In this document: piece by piece, positions 39,799 through 50,491 of the stretch | Position numbering within the stretch: the first letter of the stretch is position 1 | Layout: every line of letters begins with the position of its first letter | Assembly (NCBI GenBank): GCA_963665115.1 | Contig: OY762007.1 | Coordinates: 1,440,001-1,504,000, forward strand | Reading direction: 5' to 3' | Length of the DNA stretch: 64,000 nucleotides | DNA from: an uncultured Rivularia sp. | GTDB lineage: Bacteria > Cyanobacteriota > Cyanobacteriia > Cyanobacteriales > Nostocaceae | Notes under the pieces: generated by a model | The model's input: the letters and a program-made list of their open reading frames with translations, nothing else | What the model was told of the DNA's origin: nothing | Database searches by the model: none | Made by a program: the position numbers and the translations under genes

Positions 39799-40914
39799 TT
39801 AGCGTAAACAAAGACCAGATACTTCTGAATCTATAGATAGTTGTTTGGAAGTAATGCAGGGCTGATGCTGTTCCCAGCGACCGAAAAATTGACTCAAATG
39901 ACTTATTTCCCGCATTAATTGGGCAAAACTAGCAAAATCAAGTGACTGAGGACCATCTGAAAGCGCTTTTTGAGGATTGGGGTGAACTTCCACCATCAAA
40001 GAATCGCAACCAGCCGCAATAGCAGCCTTTGCCATTGGACTAACCAGTTCAGATTTACCAGTAGCGTGACTGGGATCAACGACAATTGGCAGGTGAGTTA
40101 GATTGCGTAAAACAGGAATTGCAGATATATCTAAAGTATTGCGAGTATACTTCCTGTCGCAAGTTCTAATTCCCCGTTCGCAGAGAATCACATTGGGATT
40201 TCCCGCTGCCAAGATATATTCTGCTGACATCAGCCATTCCTCAATCGTGGCTGATAAACCTCGCTTCAGCAACACCGGCTTATTAGTTGCACCGATTTTT
40301 TTCAAAAGTGAAAAATTTTGCATATTGCGGGCACCAACTTGGAGTATATCTGCAACCGATGCGATCGCCGATAATTCAGAACCATCCATCACTTCAGTAA
40401 TAATTCCCAAACCAGAAACTGACCTAGCAGTTGCCAACCATTCCAAAGCAGTCTCTCCATGTCCTTGGAAAGCATAAGGAGAAGTTCTGGGTTTGTAAGC
40501 ACCTCCCCGGAGAAACTTTGCACCTGCGGCTTTAACTTGCAGCGCAGTTTCCACAATCATCTCTTCGCTTTCCACAGAGCAGGGACCAGCAATTACAACT
40601 AGAGGATGATTTTGACCGAAAGTAACATTCCCAGAAGGAGTCGAAACTTTAATATTACTGGGTTCACCATAGCGAAACTCCAAACTAGCTCGTTTGAAAG
40701 GCTTATTTATCCGCAGCACCTGCTCAATATAAGGACTTAAATTTTGCACCTGTTGTAAATCGATTTCCGCCGTATCACCAACCAAACCAATAGCTACTTT
40801 ATTTTTCCCTCTAGATACTTCTGGTAAAATATTCCAGCGTCGAAGTTCCGTACATAATAATTTAATTTCTTCTTGAGGACAACCAGATTTAACGACGATA
40901 ATCATTGTTTTCAC
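39799..40914 (-). CDS. aroF: DAHP synthase type I-beta with N-terminal regulatory domain (CybA-like)
   Basis: IAGPCSVES, RGGAYKPRTSPY, QVGARNMQNF, CERGIRT, VDPSHATG, EVHPNP. Confidence 0.95.
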   Translation of the reverse strand: MKTMIIVVKSGCPQEEIKLLCTELRRWNILPEVSRGKNKVAIGLVGDTAEIDLQQVQNLSPYIEQVLRINKPFKRASLEFRYGEPSNIKVSTPSGNVTFGQNHPLVVIAGPCSVESEEMIVETALQVKAAGAKFLRGGAYKPRTSPYAFQGHGETALEWLATARSVSGLGIITEVMDGSELSAIASVADILQVGARNMQNFSLLKKIGATNKPVLLKRGLSATIEEWLMSAEYILAAGNPNVILCERGIRTCDRKYTRNTLDISAIPVLRNLTHLPIVVDPSHATGKSELVSPMAKAAIAAGCDSLMVEVHPNPQKALSDGPQSLDFASFAQLMREISHLSQFFGRWEQHQPCITSKQLSIDSEVSGLCLR

Positions 40915-41234
40915 CTTCCCCTTAAATCTATAATTTGCTATTTACTTGTAAAAACTTGAATTTGTGTAATTACTGAGTTGAAAAATCAGCGGAATAATTG
41001 GCGCTCAGTAATATTGCTGTTGTCGATAATTTACACATTAAATCGGATTCAAATGTTACGCATCAGCCTTTTATGCTTATTGAAGTGCAGTATTAATACC
41101 TGGTGGATGCATGAATGTGAATGGGGAATTGCAGAAAAGTGCATTGTATTTTTTATTCGTCAAGATTTAATCCATTTCTTAAATAAAACGCTAATATCAT
41201 TGGATACTCTATAATCAATATAAATACGTAGTCT

Positions 41235-44200
41235 ATGACCGTAAATAAGTATGTAAAATTAGCATTAGTGGGATTTTTCAGTTGTTTGAGTACAAGCTTG
41301 ATCGCGTCTAAAACCCTGGCACAGCAAAGTAATATCATCCCCGACAATACTTTAGGTGGAGAAAATTCTCGTCTAAATTCCAATGTCGAGATTAACGGAA
41401 TAAATGCAGACAAAATTGATGGTGGAGCAAGACGCAATAGTAATTTATTTCACAGCTTCAGCGAGTTTAATATTAACAACACTCAAGCGGTTTATTTTGC
41501 TAATCCCGATGGTGTACAGAATATATTGAGCAGGGTAACTGGTGGGAATCAATCAAATATTTTCGGTACCTTGGGAGTTGATGGTGCAGCGAATTTGTTT
41601 TTGATTAATCCTAACGGAATTGTATTTGGAGAAAATGCGAGTTTAGATTTAAAAGGTTCTTTTGTTGGAACAACTGCTTCGGGGTTACAGTTTGGTGAAC
41701 AAGGTAGTTTCAGCGCTACAAATCCAGAAATACCAGGTTCATTAACCGTCAATCCTTCGGCTTTGTTTTTCAATCAAGTAGAAGCGAGTGGGGGAATAAT
41801 TAATAAGTCTCAAGCACCAGCAGGAATCAATCCTTATGGATTTGAAACTACAGGATTAAGAGTACCCGATGGTAAAAGTTTGTTGCTTGTAGGAGGTGAG
41901 ATTAATTTTGATGGAGGTCGATTAAGAGCTTATGGGGGGAATATTGAATTAGCTGCTGTAACTGTTCCGGGAACGGTAGGATTAAATATTTCTGGTGATA
42001 ATTTTAGTTTAAATATTCCTGAAGATGTTGAGAGAGGATATATTTCTTTAACAAATGAATCTTATTTAAGTGTTATTGGTGCTGGTGGGGGAAATTTTAC
42101 GATTAACGCTCGTAATTTAGAAATTTCCGATTCAATTATATTTGCTGGAGTTGTTGGAAACTCGGATAATCCCGACGTACAAGCTGGAGATGTGAACCTT
42201 AATGCTACGGGTTCAATTGAACTCAAAAATAATGTTTTGATTGATAACAGTGTTAATAGTCAAGGTAATGCTGGAAATATAAATATTAATGCTAATTCAC
42301 TTTTTATAAGTGAAGGTTCTGCAATAAGTAATGACACCTTCGGAATCGGAGATGCTGGTAATATAAACATAAATACTCGTGAGAATATTTCCTTACAGGG
42401 TAGTGGTAATCTACCTTGGTTTAATAATAGTAACGATGATATTCAATTAACTGCAATCTCTAGTATGGTATTACCGGAAGCTACAGGTAATGCAGGTAAT
42501 ATTCAATTAACTACTGGAACTCTTTCTCTTACGGATGGAGCTTATATTTATAGCGATACTACTGGGAAAGGTAACGCAGGCAATATTACTATCAATGCCC
42601 GCGATACTGTTAGTTTTGATAATGTTAGTAGCGTTACTAGCAACGTCTTTATTGGGGTAGTGGGTAAAGGGGGAGATATTCGGGTGACAACCGGAAACCT
42701 TAGCTTAACTAATGGAAGTAGTCTATCGACATCAATGTTAGGAGAAGGAAATGCAGGTAATCTCTTTATCGAAGTTAGCAATAATGTGAAATTGGATGGC
42801 GTTTTGAGGAATCCAAATGCTTCTTCTTCAAGTGGTAATGTATTCGATGGAATTATTGCATCCAGTCGTATTACAAGCGATTTACTAAGTGGTGTGGGTA
42901 AAGCTGGAGATATTCAAATAACAACAAAATCGCTTTCCGTAAGCAATTTTGCAGAAATATCTGCTGGTACGAGCGGACAGGGAAATGCAGGTAATATTAC
43001 TATAAATGCTAGCGATAAAGTTACTTTTAGCGACTTAGGAAGGGCTGGCAGCGCGGCTACATCTACTGCTGTAGGAAATGGTGGTGACATCCGTATTAAA
43101 ACAGGTGAATTACTATTAAAAAATGGTGGTTTGCTGCAAACTTTTAATGGTAAAGCAGGAAATTCGGGTAATATTTTTTTAGATGTTCGGGACACGATTA
43201 CTTTTGAGGGTGTAGCTATTAATGGTATGGAAAGTGGTGCCCAAACTGTTGCAGATAATGGTAATGCGGGAAATATTGAAGTAAAAACTGGCTCGCTATT
43301 TTTAACAGATGGCAGCAGCATGGCTACCACATTAGTAGGAGAAGAAAATTCTGACAACTTTAGTGCTGGTAAGATCGCAATCAATGCCCGCGATACTGTC
43401 AAGATAGATGGTAAATATAGTGGATTACTTACTCACCTATCTAACGGTAAAGGCAAAGGTGGAGATATTGAAATTGCAACGAAGTCACTTTCTGTAATTA
43501 ACGGTGCTTACTTATTCGCCATAACAAGTGGGGAAGGGGATGCGGGTAATATCATAATTAGTGCTAGCGATACCGTTACTTTTGACAAGGAAAGCTTTGC
43601 TTTTACCTCAGTAAATACAAATGCTATTGGTAATGGTGGGAATATCGAAATTACAGCAGGTTCGCTTTTTATTACTAATAATAGTAAAATTTCTGCTGAT
43701 ACCGTTGGTCAGGGAAACGCAGGTAAAATTCAAGTAGATGCTGCTGACCTAATTTCTTTATCTAATTCTGGCTCTATACTCAGCACTGTAAATCAAGGAG
43801 CAGAAGGAAAAGGTGGTGAAATTAAATTAAATACTTTCAGTGTAGATTTAAATAATGGTGGTCGAATTTCTGCTACTACTTATGGTACGGGAGACGCAGG
43901 AAATATTAAAATTAACGCTCGCGACTTGGTGTCTTTATCTAACACTGGCTTAATTGACAGCAATGTTTATGCTGGAGCAGAAGGAAAAGGTGGTTTGATT
44001 GATATCAATACTCAAGCTCTAACATTAACTAATAGTTCTTTTATAGGTGCTGCTGTAGTTAATGAATCTAATAATCTTCCTGGTGGTAAAGGAAACGGAG
44101 GAGATATTAATATCAATGCTTCCGAATCAGTTAACCTTTCAAATAGTGGTATATACAGTTCAACACGAACAGGTGCTTCCGGTGATGCAGGTAATATAAC

Positions 44201-45242
44201 CGTAACCACAGGCAACTTTAGGATTACAGATGATGGGATTATATCAGCAGAAACCTCTAATGATGGTAATGCTGGAAGCATCACTTTTAATGCTAATACT
44301 TTTGAAGCAGTTAACGGCGGACGAGTTTTAACAAGTACCTTCAGTAGCGGTAAAGCTGGTAATATCAACCTGAATATAAAAGGTAAAATTATTCTTTCTG
44401 GAAGCGAACAAGGTTTCACTGGTTTAGTTGCTGGTACTTCTGCCGAATCAACCGGCAAAGGAGGTAGTATATTTATCGACCCACGATTAGTAATTATAGA
44501 AAATGGTGCGGGGATATCAGTTGAAAGTAATGGTAGCAAAGATGCAGGGGATATTACTTTACAAGCAGGAACTCTTCAATTAGATAACGGTTTTATCACT
44601 GCCCAAACAGCAAGCACCCAAGGTGGAAATATTGATTTACAAATAAGTGATTTATTACTGTTACGGAACAAAAGCCAAATCACCACAACCGCAGGAACCG
44701 CTCAAGCTGGGGGAGATGGAGGTAATATCAATATAAATTCTAAATTTATCGTCGCACCACAAAACGAAAACAGCGATATCACTGCAAATGCTTTTAGCGG
44801 TAATGGTGGACAAGTCAATATTAATAGTAGCGGTATTTTCGGTATTGAAACTCAACAAAGCTTAACTAATAAAAGCGATATTACCGCAAGTTCAGAAGAA
44901 GCTATTTCAGGTGAAACTAATATTAATACAGACGATACCAGTTCAATTCAAAACAGTTTTACCGAACTACCTCCAACCATTGATACCAATGCGATAATTG
45001 CTAATAGTTGTATAGCACAAAGTAATAAGCGACAAGAAAACTCTTTTACGATTACAGGTGCTGGTGCTTTATCACCAAATCGTCCCGGTAATGTTTTTGT
45101 TTCTAACTATACGACTGGTGAAGTTAGAACTATTGAAAGTAAAAATCAAAGTTGGAAAAAAGGAGATCCAATTATTGAACCCCAAGGATTGTATCGGTTG
45201 AATAATGGAGAGTTGTTATTGAGTCGGGAATGTTCTAATTAA
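41235..45242 (+). CDS. TpsA / filamentous haemagglutinin-like exoprotein
   Basis: Signal peptide, NLFHSFSEFN and NPNGI TPS domain, G-N-A-G-N-I beta-helix repeats, conserved Cys-containing C-terminal domain. Confidence 0.93.
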   Translation: MTVNKYVKLALVGFFSCLSTSLIASKTLAQQSNIIPDNTLGGENSRLNSNVEINGINADKIDGGARRNSNLFHSFSEFNINNTQAVYFANPDGVQNILSRVTGGNQSNIFGTLGVDGAANLFLINPNGIVFGENASLDLKGSFVGTTASGLQFGEQGSFSATNPEIPGSLTVNPSALFFNQVEASGGIINKSQAPAGINPYGFETTGLRVPDGKSLLLVGGEINFDGGRLRAYGGNIELAAVTVPGTVGLNISGDNFSLNIPEDVERGYISLTNESYLSVIGAGGGNFTINARNLEISDSIIFAGVVGNSDNPDVQAGDVNLNATGSIELKNNVLIDNSVNSQGNAGNININANSLFISEGSAISNDTFGIGDAGNININTRENISLQGSGNLPWFNNSNDDIQLTAISSMVLPEATGNAGNIQLTTGTLSLTDGAYIYSDTTGKGNAGNITINARDTVSFDNVSSVTSNVFIGVVGKGGDIRVTTGNLSLTNGSSLSTSMLGEGNAGNLFIEVSNNVKLDGVLRNPNASSSSGNVFDGIIASSRITSDLLSGVGKAGDIQITTKSLSVSNFAEISAGTSGQGNAGNITINASDKVTFSDLGRAGSAATSTAVGNGGDIRIKTGELLLKNGGLLQTFNGKAGNSGNIFLDVRDTITFEGVAINGMESGAQTVADNGNAGNIEVKTGSLFLTDGSSMATTLVGEENSDNFSAGKIAINARDTVKIDGKYSGLLTHLSNGKGKGGDIEIATKSLSVINGAYLFAITSGEGDAGNIIISASDTVTFDKESFAFTSVNTNAIGNGGNIEITAGSLFITNNSKISADTVGQGNAGKIQVDAADLISLSNSGSILSTVNQGAEGKGGEIKLNTFSVDLNNGGRISATTYGTGDAGNIKINARDLVSLSNTGLIDSNVYAGAEGKGGLIDINTQALTLTNSSFIGAAVVNESNNLPGGKGNGGDININASESVNLSNSGIYSSTRTGASGDAGNITVTTGNFRITDDGIISAETSNDGNAGSITFNANTFEAVNGGRVLTSTFSSGKAGNINLNIKGKIILSGSEQGFTGLVAGTSAESTGKGGSIFIDPRLVIIENGAGISVESNGSKDAGDITLQAGTLQLDNGFITAQTASTQGGNIDLQISDLLLLRNKSQITTTAGTAQAGGDGGNININSKFIVAPQNENSDITANAFSGNGGQVNINSSGIFGIETQQSLTNKSDITASSEEAISGETNINTDDTSSIQNSFTELPPTIDTNAIIANSCIAQSNKRQENSFTITGAGALSPNRPGNVFVSNYTTGEVRTIESKNQSWKKGDPIIEPQGLYRLNNGELLLSRECSN

Positions 45243-45319
45243 AGGTTCGTAGTTGCGCTTAAGCGCCAAACACTTTGTTTATTAACGTACCATTTCAAAT
45301 AACGTGGTGCGTTACGAGA

Positions 45320-45478
45320 TTCTATAACGATAAAGAATGTAGATGTGGAATTTTTTGTATATCTAGTGTTTGGAGTACCCTAAAAAATGCCGGAAATCAT
45401 GGGAAGCAGATTCGTCGGATAGTGGATAACTGTACAAGACATAACATTACAGATGATTCTTGCGAAGAAGAGGGATAA
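45320..45478 (+). pseudogene. 5'-truncated small protein, putative HicA-like toxin remnant
   Basis: YNDKECRCGIFCISSVWST.KNAGNHGKQIRRIVDNC resembles the C-half of small proteins found upstream of the following DNA-binding family; the N-half is replaced by repeat DNA. Confidence 0.5.
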
Positions 45479-45481
45479 CCA

Positions 45482-46010
45482 ATGAAAGAGTATGATTTTA
45501 CTTTAAAGTTTAATCTCCAAAATTCTCAAGCTGACCCCGATATTCATGTTGAGAAGTTATATGAAGGTGGTTGTGACGATGCTTTAATTGGAATTGGGAA
45601 GAAAGGATATATTTCGCTGAATTTTATTCGTGAAGCATCATCGGCTTATGAGGCTATTTCTAGCGCTATTATTGAAGTCAAAAGAGTTATTCCATACGCG
45701 ATTTTAATTGAAGCTACACCCTCCAACGGTTGGTTTAACAGATGCAGCTAAAATCCTTGGATTTACTCGACAAAATATCAGGAAGCTCATCATAACAAAT
45801 GAACCATTTGCTCCAATTCCTGTTTACGAAGGTACACCTTCTATTTGGCATTTGGCAGAAATATTAATATGGTTGAGAGGAGCCAAGAAGTATGCTATTG
45901 ATGATGCGTTAATAGAGGTTGCGAAAATCAATATGAACATTAATATTGCTAATAGTTGGCAAAAAGTAGAGCCAAATCTTCAAGAAAATATTAAATCTTT
46001 GGTTGGTTAA
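45482..46010 (+). CDS. HicB-like fold plus HTH DNA-binding protein (putative antitoxin); +1 frameshift at ~45719-45721
   Basis: YDFTLKF...LYEGGCDDALIG...FIREASSAYEAISSAI, then VGLTDAAKILGFTRQNIRKL (HTH); joined by removing one C. Confidence 0.7.
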
Positions 46011-46208
46011 ATAAGGGATATCCAATTAAAAAAAATATACCACTCCTCTGGGCGCACGTCGGTGCGCTCCTACCAGAAAGAAATAAATACTAAGTATTCT
46101 CTACAGAGGATTTATTTTCATCATAAATTAAAGGTTCGTTCGTAGTTGCGCTGTCTTCGCCAAACACTTTGTTTATTAACGCACCATTTTACTTTGAAAA
46201 TTCAGGAA

Positions 46209-46549
46209 TCGTAGAATCGTAGGTTGGGTTAGACGATGACGATAATTTGGGGTTTAATTACCGAATCTATATAGCGTCGTAACCCAACATCTTGCAACTA
46301 TATCCATAACGGTAGTGTTGGGTTACGACACCATAAGTAAAGATGCTCGTTATTCTCAAGTTTGATTTTGGTGTCTAACCCAACCTACGAACTTGATGGT
46401 GCGTTACGGCATGATTTAATTAGTAATATCCATCGAATTTACGAGCGCCGTAACACACTCTACAAACTAACCCAACCTACTAACTACGAACTACGAATTT
46501 TGGCGCTGTGAGCGTTAGCTTTCTCGCAGAGTAGCGCAACTACGAACTT
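46209..46549. repeat. Cluster of nested REP/REPIN-like palindromes
   Basis: GTAGGTTGGGTTAGACG...CGTAACCCAACA, TGTTGGGTTACGACACC...GGTGTCTAACCCAACCTAC, GGTGCGTTACGGC...GCCGTAACAC, GCGCAACTACGAAC. Confidence 0.75.
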
Positions 46550-46550
46550 A

Positions 46551-48275
46551 TTAAAATGGTTGATATCTGACTGAAAAATTAAAACCATTTTCTTGCAGGG
46601 AATTACCACTATCACCTCTTCCTACTAATGGAATACCGTAGTCTGCACGCAATCCTAAACCTCTTGTAGGTTGCCACTGCAAGCCTAACCCTAAACTAGC
46701 AAGTGTTTGTGGATCGGGATTATCGCCGCGATTATTCCAACCCGTACCGATGTCAAAAAATGGGATTAATTGTAGGGTTTCGACTTCCGATGCCAGGGGA
46801 ATTCTGACTTCCACACCTCCAACTATTCCGCTGTCGGTAACGAGTTGATTTTGACGATAACCACGGACTGTATCTACTCCCCCAATGCTGATTTTTTCTG
46901 CTGAAAGTAAGGAATCACCTGTCAGTTGAGTGTTAACTTTGGCAAGCATCAAAACGCGGGGAGATAATCTTTGTACCCATTGGAATTGTCCCACCCAAGC
47001 GAAAAAACGCCCATCTGTGCCGCTGTCGTTAACCGTAGCATCAAAAGCATCGATGCCAACGCTAAATTGCGATCGCGCTGCTAAAACACTATTAGTATTG
47101 CGCTGTAGCCAATCTTGGGAAAAGCGAATGACGCTGAGTTTTGATTCTCCGTCTTCTGGTCCTTCGGTGAAGGAAAAGGGGATATCATCGAGTATGAAGG
47201 TTTGAGAGCGTCGTAAGTCGAATGCTAAACCCAGAGCAAGTTCGCTGTCTGGTTTATTAACTAAGGGTTGACGCAGGTTAAAGGATAGGGTTTCGGTTTC
47301 GCTACGGATATCTAAGTCGTTAAATTCGTCTTCAATTATTTTGCTATCGCTGTTGCTGAAACGCACACCAACTGTACCATCGAGAGCGTTAATGGGAACG
47401 GAATAATTGATATCGTAAACGTCTAAGCCTTCGGTGATGGAATATTCTGCACTTAATTTATCGGCAAATCCTAATACGTTATCGTGAGCGACAAAAACAC
47501 TTGCTTGTTCGGAACCAACGCTGGGTGATTGATTATTTGCAAATGTAACTCCAGCGTGGAATGCTGGAGCTTCGGTAATTTGTATCTGTAAAATATTGTT
47601 TCCGGGAACGCTACCTGCGGTTAACTCTGCATTGACTCGTTTAATAACGGGATCTATTTGCAATAATTGCAGTGCTTGTTCGAGATGCTGTTGATTTAAA
47701 GGCTTCCCCGCAAGTCTTTGAATTCGGGAGCGTACATATCCTTTACGCAATCTTTGTAAACCTGAAATGGCGATATCTTCAAGTTCACCTTCCACAACTT
47801 GGATTTTGACGATACCGCTGGCAACATTTTGGTTGTTGGGAATAAATGCACCGCTGGTGATGTAGCCGTTGTCAGCATAAAGTTGGGTGATTTGAGAGCG
47901 TAATTGTAATAGCTGCTCAAATGTGATTCTTTTCTGTTCTAATAAAGGCTTTATTAACTGATTGATTTCATCTTCTAAAACAGAGTTTCCTTCAACTTGA
48001 ATTTCTGTGACAGTGAAAGTTTCACCGCTAGGAAAGGTTGTATTTGGAATATTTTGCTGTGGTGGTGATGGAAGTATAGGAACGGTTGGTGTAGGTGGTT
48101 TCGCTGGTAAAGTTGGTGATGGTTGAGGAATAATTTCTTCTATTTTCTCTGGTGTATTAGGAGGAATTGTCACTCCCGATGGAGGTGTTGATTGTGCGAA
48201 TACAGCTACTTGATTGATGCTAATGCAGGAAATGAACGTTAAAAAGAAGTGTTGAAACCGAAAGTAGGAACCCAT
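46551..48275 (-). CDS. TpsB (ShlB/FhaC/HecB) outer-membrane transporter
   Basis: Signal peptide, Pro-rich linker, POTRA (ITQLYADNGYITSGA), VRGY motif (GGVDTVRGYRQN), terminal Phe. Confidence 0.95.
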   Translation of the reverse strand: MGSYFRFQHFFLTFISCISINQVAVFAQSTPPSGVTIPPNTPEKIEEIIPQPSPTLPAKPPTPTVPILPSPPQQNIPNTTFPSGETFTVTEIQVEGNSVLEDEINQLIKPLLEQKRITFEQLLQLRSQITQLYADNGYITSGAFIPNNQNVASGIVKIQVVEGELEDIAISGLQRLRKGYVRSRIQRLAGKPLNQQHLEQALQLLQIDPVIKRVNAELTAGSVPGNNILQIQITEAPAFHAGVTFANNQSPSVGSEQASVFVAHDNVLGFADKLSAEYSITEGLDVYDINYSVPINALDGTVGVRFSNSDSKIIEDEFNDLDIRSETETLSFNLRQPLVNKPDSELALGLAFDLRRSQTFILDDIPFSFTEGPEDGESKLSVIRFSQDWLQRNTNSVLAARSQFSVGIDAFDATVNDSGTDGRFFAWVGQFQWVQRLSPRVLMLAKVNTQLTGDSLLSAEKISIGGVDTVRGYRQNQLVTDSGIVGGVEVRIPLASEVETLQLIPFFDIGTGWNNRGDNPDPQTLASLGLGLQWQPTRGLGLRADYGIPLVGRGDSGNSLQENGFNFSVRYQPF

Positions 48276-48524
48276 TGTTTGTATGTAGTATGTAAGATAA
48301 TTTTGTAAAAGTTATGAAATTTTAGATATTATTACTTAATCAAAATATCATAATGCTTTGGTTAATGATTGCTTCTTTATGCAATCATTAAATTTCCATC
48401 CAATTGCAGTAATACTTAATATTTGTTAATGAAGATACTTGTCTTTTTGCTCGTATTTAATACTACAAAGAATAGATATTTCGCTAGTTTTTACTATCAC
48501 CAAACAAGACACCTTGACAAACAT

Positions 48525-50111
48525 CTATTCAAGAAGGACAAAATTTGAACTAAAGATAAAATCGCGTTCAAAGTTGACGTTAGTAGAGTCTTGCACTATA
48601 GCAATTGCATCATTTCCAAAGAAAATACCAGTATCTTCGGCAGAGCTACCAAGCCAGTTACCAGTTGCTAGAGAATATTGACTAAAATTACCTTGAACCT
48701 GGATGTAATCATACTGCCAGTTAAAGTCAGTAATTACCGCATATTCATCTCCTTGATAGAAGACATTTGAAGATTCTCCCAGAACGAAGGTATCATTTCC
48801 AGTTTCTCCCGTTAAGATATCATATCCAGAACCGCCAACTATAGTATCATTACCACTTCCACCAATCAGCGTGTCACTACCCGCATTATCCACAAGGTAA
48901 TCGTTTCCGGAACCACCATAGAGATAGTTATTAGCTGTATTGCCAATGAGGATATCATTTCCTGCACCCCCCACAGCATTTTCGATAGTGACTCCATAAG
49001 CGATCGCCAAATTATTACTGGCTCTGTTAGAACTTCCATCATCTTGAGGACCAATGTTACTAAAAGTTCCAGAATTGAGATTAATCGTAACAGAAATCCC
49101 TTGATTGCTTGCATTAATAGTATCAATACCACCACCATCCCAAATTGTCTCAACGAAGGCTTGGTTCGCATCCCAATCATATGTAGTATTACCTGCGCGG
49201 GTATTATCGTTAACCCCGTAAAGATGCTGTATTGCAGCAATATCGTAGAGCATAGGTGTCTGAGGATTGGCAACACTACCTGAATGGTCGTTGTATGACA
49301 TTACCGTGTATTGATTGTTATCTAAATCAGAGTATAAATAGGGACCCTCAGCACCACCCCCACCTGCATTATAATTACCTGGATGTTTCAATCCTAATGC
49401 ATGACCGATTTCGTGGATTAAGGTATGAAATCCATAGGAACCATTAGTTTGAGTTAGATTTGAATTATGAATATTATTTAACCAGACATCACCTCCGACT
49501 GAATGATTACTTGGAAGGTAAGCATGAGCGCTACCATGTTCCATATTCGCCGTTCCAAACCGGATAGTTCCCCCTGCCCCAGCATCTGGTACCTCAACAA
49601 AGTTTAGTCCTGAAACTTCGCTGTAAAGTTGCAAAGCTTGTCTTGCTGCTGCTTGTTGAGTTTCATTAAAAGCAATGAATTGATTCCGCTCCTCAGCATT
49701 ACCAGAATAGTAATTTGGAACTCTAGTCATAAAGCTATAGTTTATAGTTTGACTAGTCCAATAGTTTGTTCCTATTAAAGCCTCAATTCCACTGGTATAA
49801 GATGCAGCAGCTTGAGGAATTAAATCTGTATTTGTTTCATCATTGGACATATGGTGGCTGCAGTTGCATAAATGAGTCGTGGTGAGATTATGGTCAACAG
49901 CATTGTGGTACGTAGTAGAATTTGGTAATAAATCATCGAAGGAAGCTGGTTGATTTAGAGTTTCTTGGAATATAGTTGAAGAAAAAGCTTCTTCCGTAAT
50001 TCCCCTGTAACTGAAATAAACTTGATTAGCTAAAGTTTCAAAAAGGGGATTAGATTCATCGGTGACGAAATCGGAATTAGTTTGAGAAATAATTGTTGAA
50101 GTATTTGTCAT
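48525..50111 (-). CDS. Serralysin-like M10 zinc metalloprotease with RTX Ca-binding repeats
   Basis: HEIGHALGLKH, Met-turn TVMSY, DIAAIQHLYG, TIWDGGGIDT, GGSGND repeats. Confidence 0.95.
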   Translation of the reverse strand: MTNTSTIISQTNSDFVTDESNPLFETLANQVYFSYRGITEEAFSSTIFQETLNQPASFDDLLPNSTTYHNAVDHNLTTTHLCNCSHHMSNDETNTDLIPQAAASYTSGIEALIGTNYWTSQTINYSFMTRVPNYYSGNAEERNQFIAFNETQQAAARQALQLYSEVSGLNFVEVPDAGAGGTIRFGTANMEHGSAHAYLPSNHSVGGDVWLNNIHNSNLTQTNGSYGFHTLIHEIGHALGLKHPGNYNAGGGGAEGPYLYSDLDNNQYTVMSYNDHSGSVANPQTPMLYDIAAIQHLYGVNDNTRAGNTTYDWDANQAFVETIWDGGGIDTINASNQGISVTINLNSGTFSNIGPQDDGSSNRASNNLAIAYGVTIENAVGGAGNDILIGNTANNYLYGGSGNDYLVDNAGSDTLIGGSGNDTIVGGSGYDILTGETGNDTFVLGESSNVFYQGDEYAVITDFNWQYDYIQVQGNFSQYSLATGNWLGSSAEDTGIFFGNDAIAIVQDSTNVNFERDFIFSSNFVLLE

Positions 50112-50178
50112 GATTGTTTACCACTATTACAAAGTTTTATTCTCAGACACAACTTATTTAATTTGAATCCTGATAATG

Positions 50179-50268
50179 CTTAGATTAAAGTAAATAAATA
50201 GGTAATGCATTCACCAATCATGCAAAACTGATTGCAATAACTTGCTTGCGATTTTGCAGAAAACTGCA
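50179..50268 (-). promoter_or_regulatory. Conserved promoter block upstream of the M10 protease
   Basis: Near-copy of 51604-51665; -10-like TAATCT on the minus strand; TGCA repeats. Confidence 0.55.
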
Positions 50269-50491
50269 TATGCTATTTTTACCGTGAGTGCAGTGTTGCT
50301 TTTCAAAAGTTATATTCAAGAATGCTAATAGTATTGGCAATTCAGCTAATATTTTCATAGTCTGTACCGTTGCCACTATCATCAAAATTCTGTTGTCGGA
50401 AATTATGCAAAAAAAAAGACGCTGAATAATTGCGTCGTCAAAAAAGACTTTAGGGATGTTTTAAAAATGAAGACTTTTATATGGATTTGCA

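Larger units (their letters stand above)
45237..46189. repeat. Pair of ~60-bp direct repeats (45237-45295 and 46126-46189) bracketing a small gene cassette
   Basis: AATTAAAGGTTCG..TAGTTGCGCT...CGCCAAACACTTTGTTTATTAACG(T/C)ACCATTT at both ends. Confidence 0.8.

Noticed and set aside
29473..40914. Scytonemin cluster (ScyA-like ThDP enzyme, tyrA, DAHP synthase, secreted proteins)
   Set aside because: No ScyB-type dehydrogenase, ScyC or trp genes; ammonia-lyase, CoA ligase and KAS III-like genes fit the furanolide logic instead
40978..41437. ORFs 40978-41214 and 41153-41437
   Set aside because: They lie in a divergent promoter region or antisense to tpsA; no recognisable protein features
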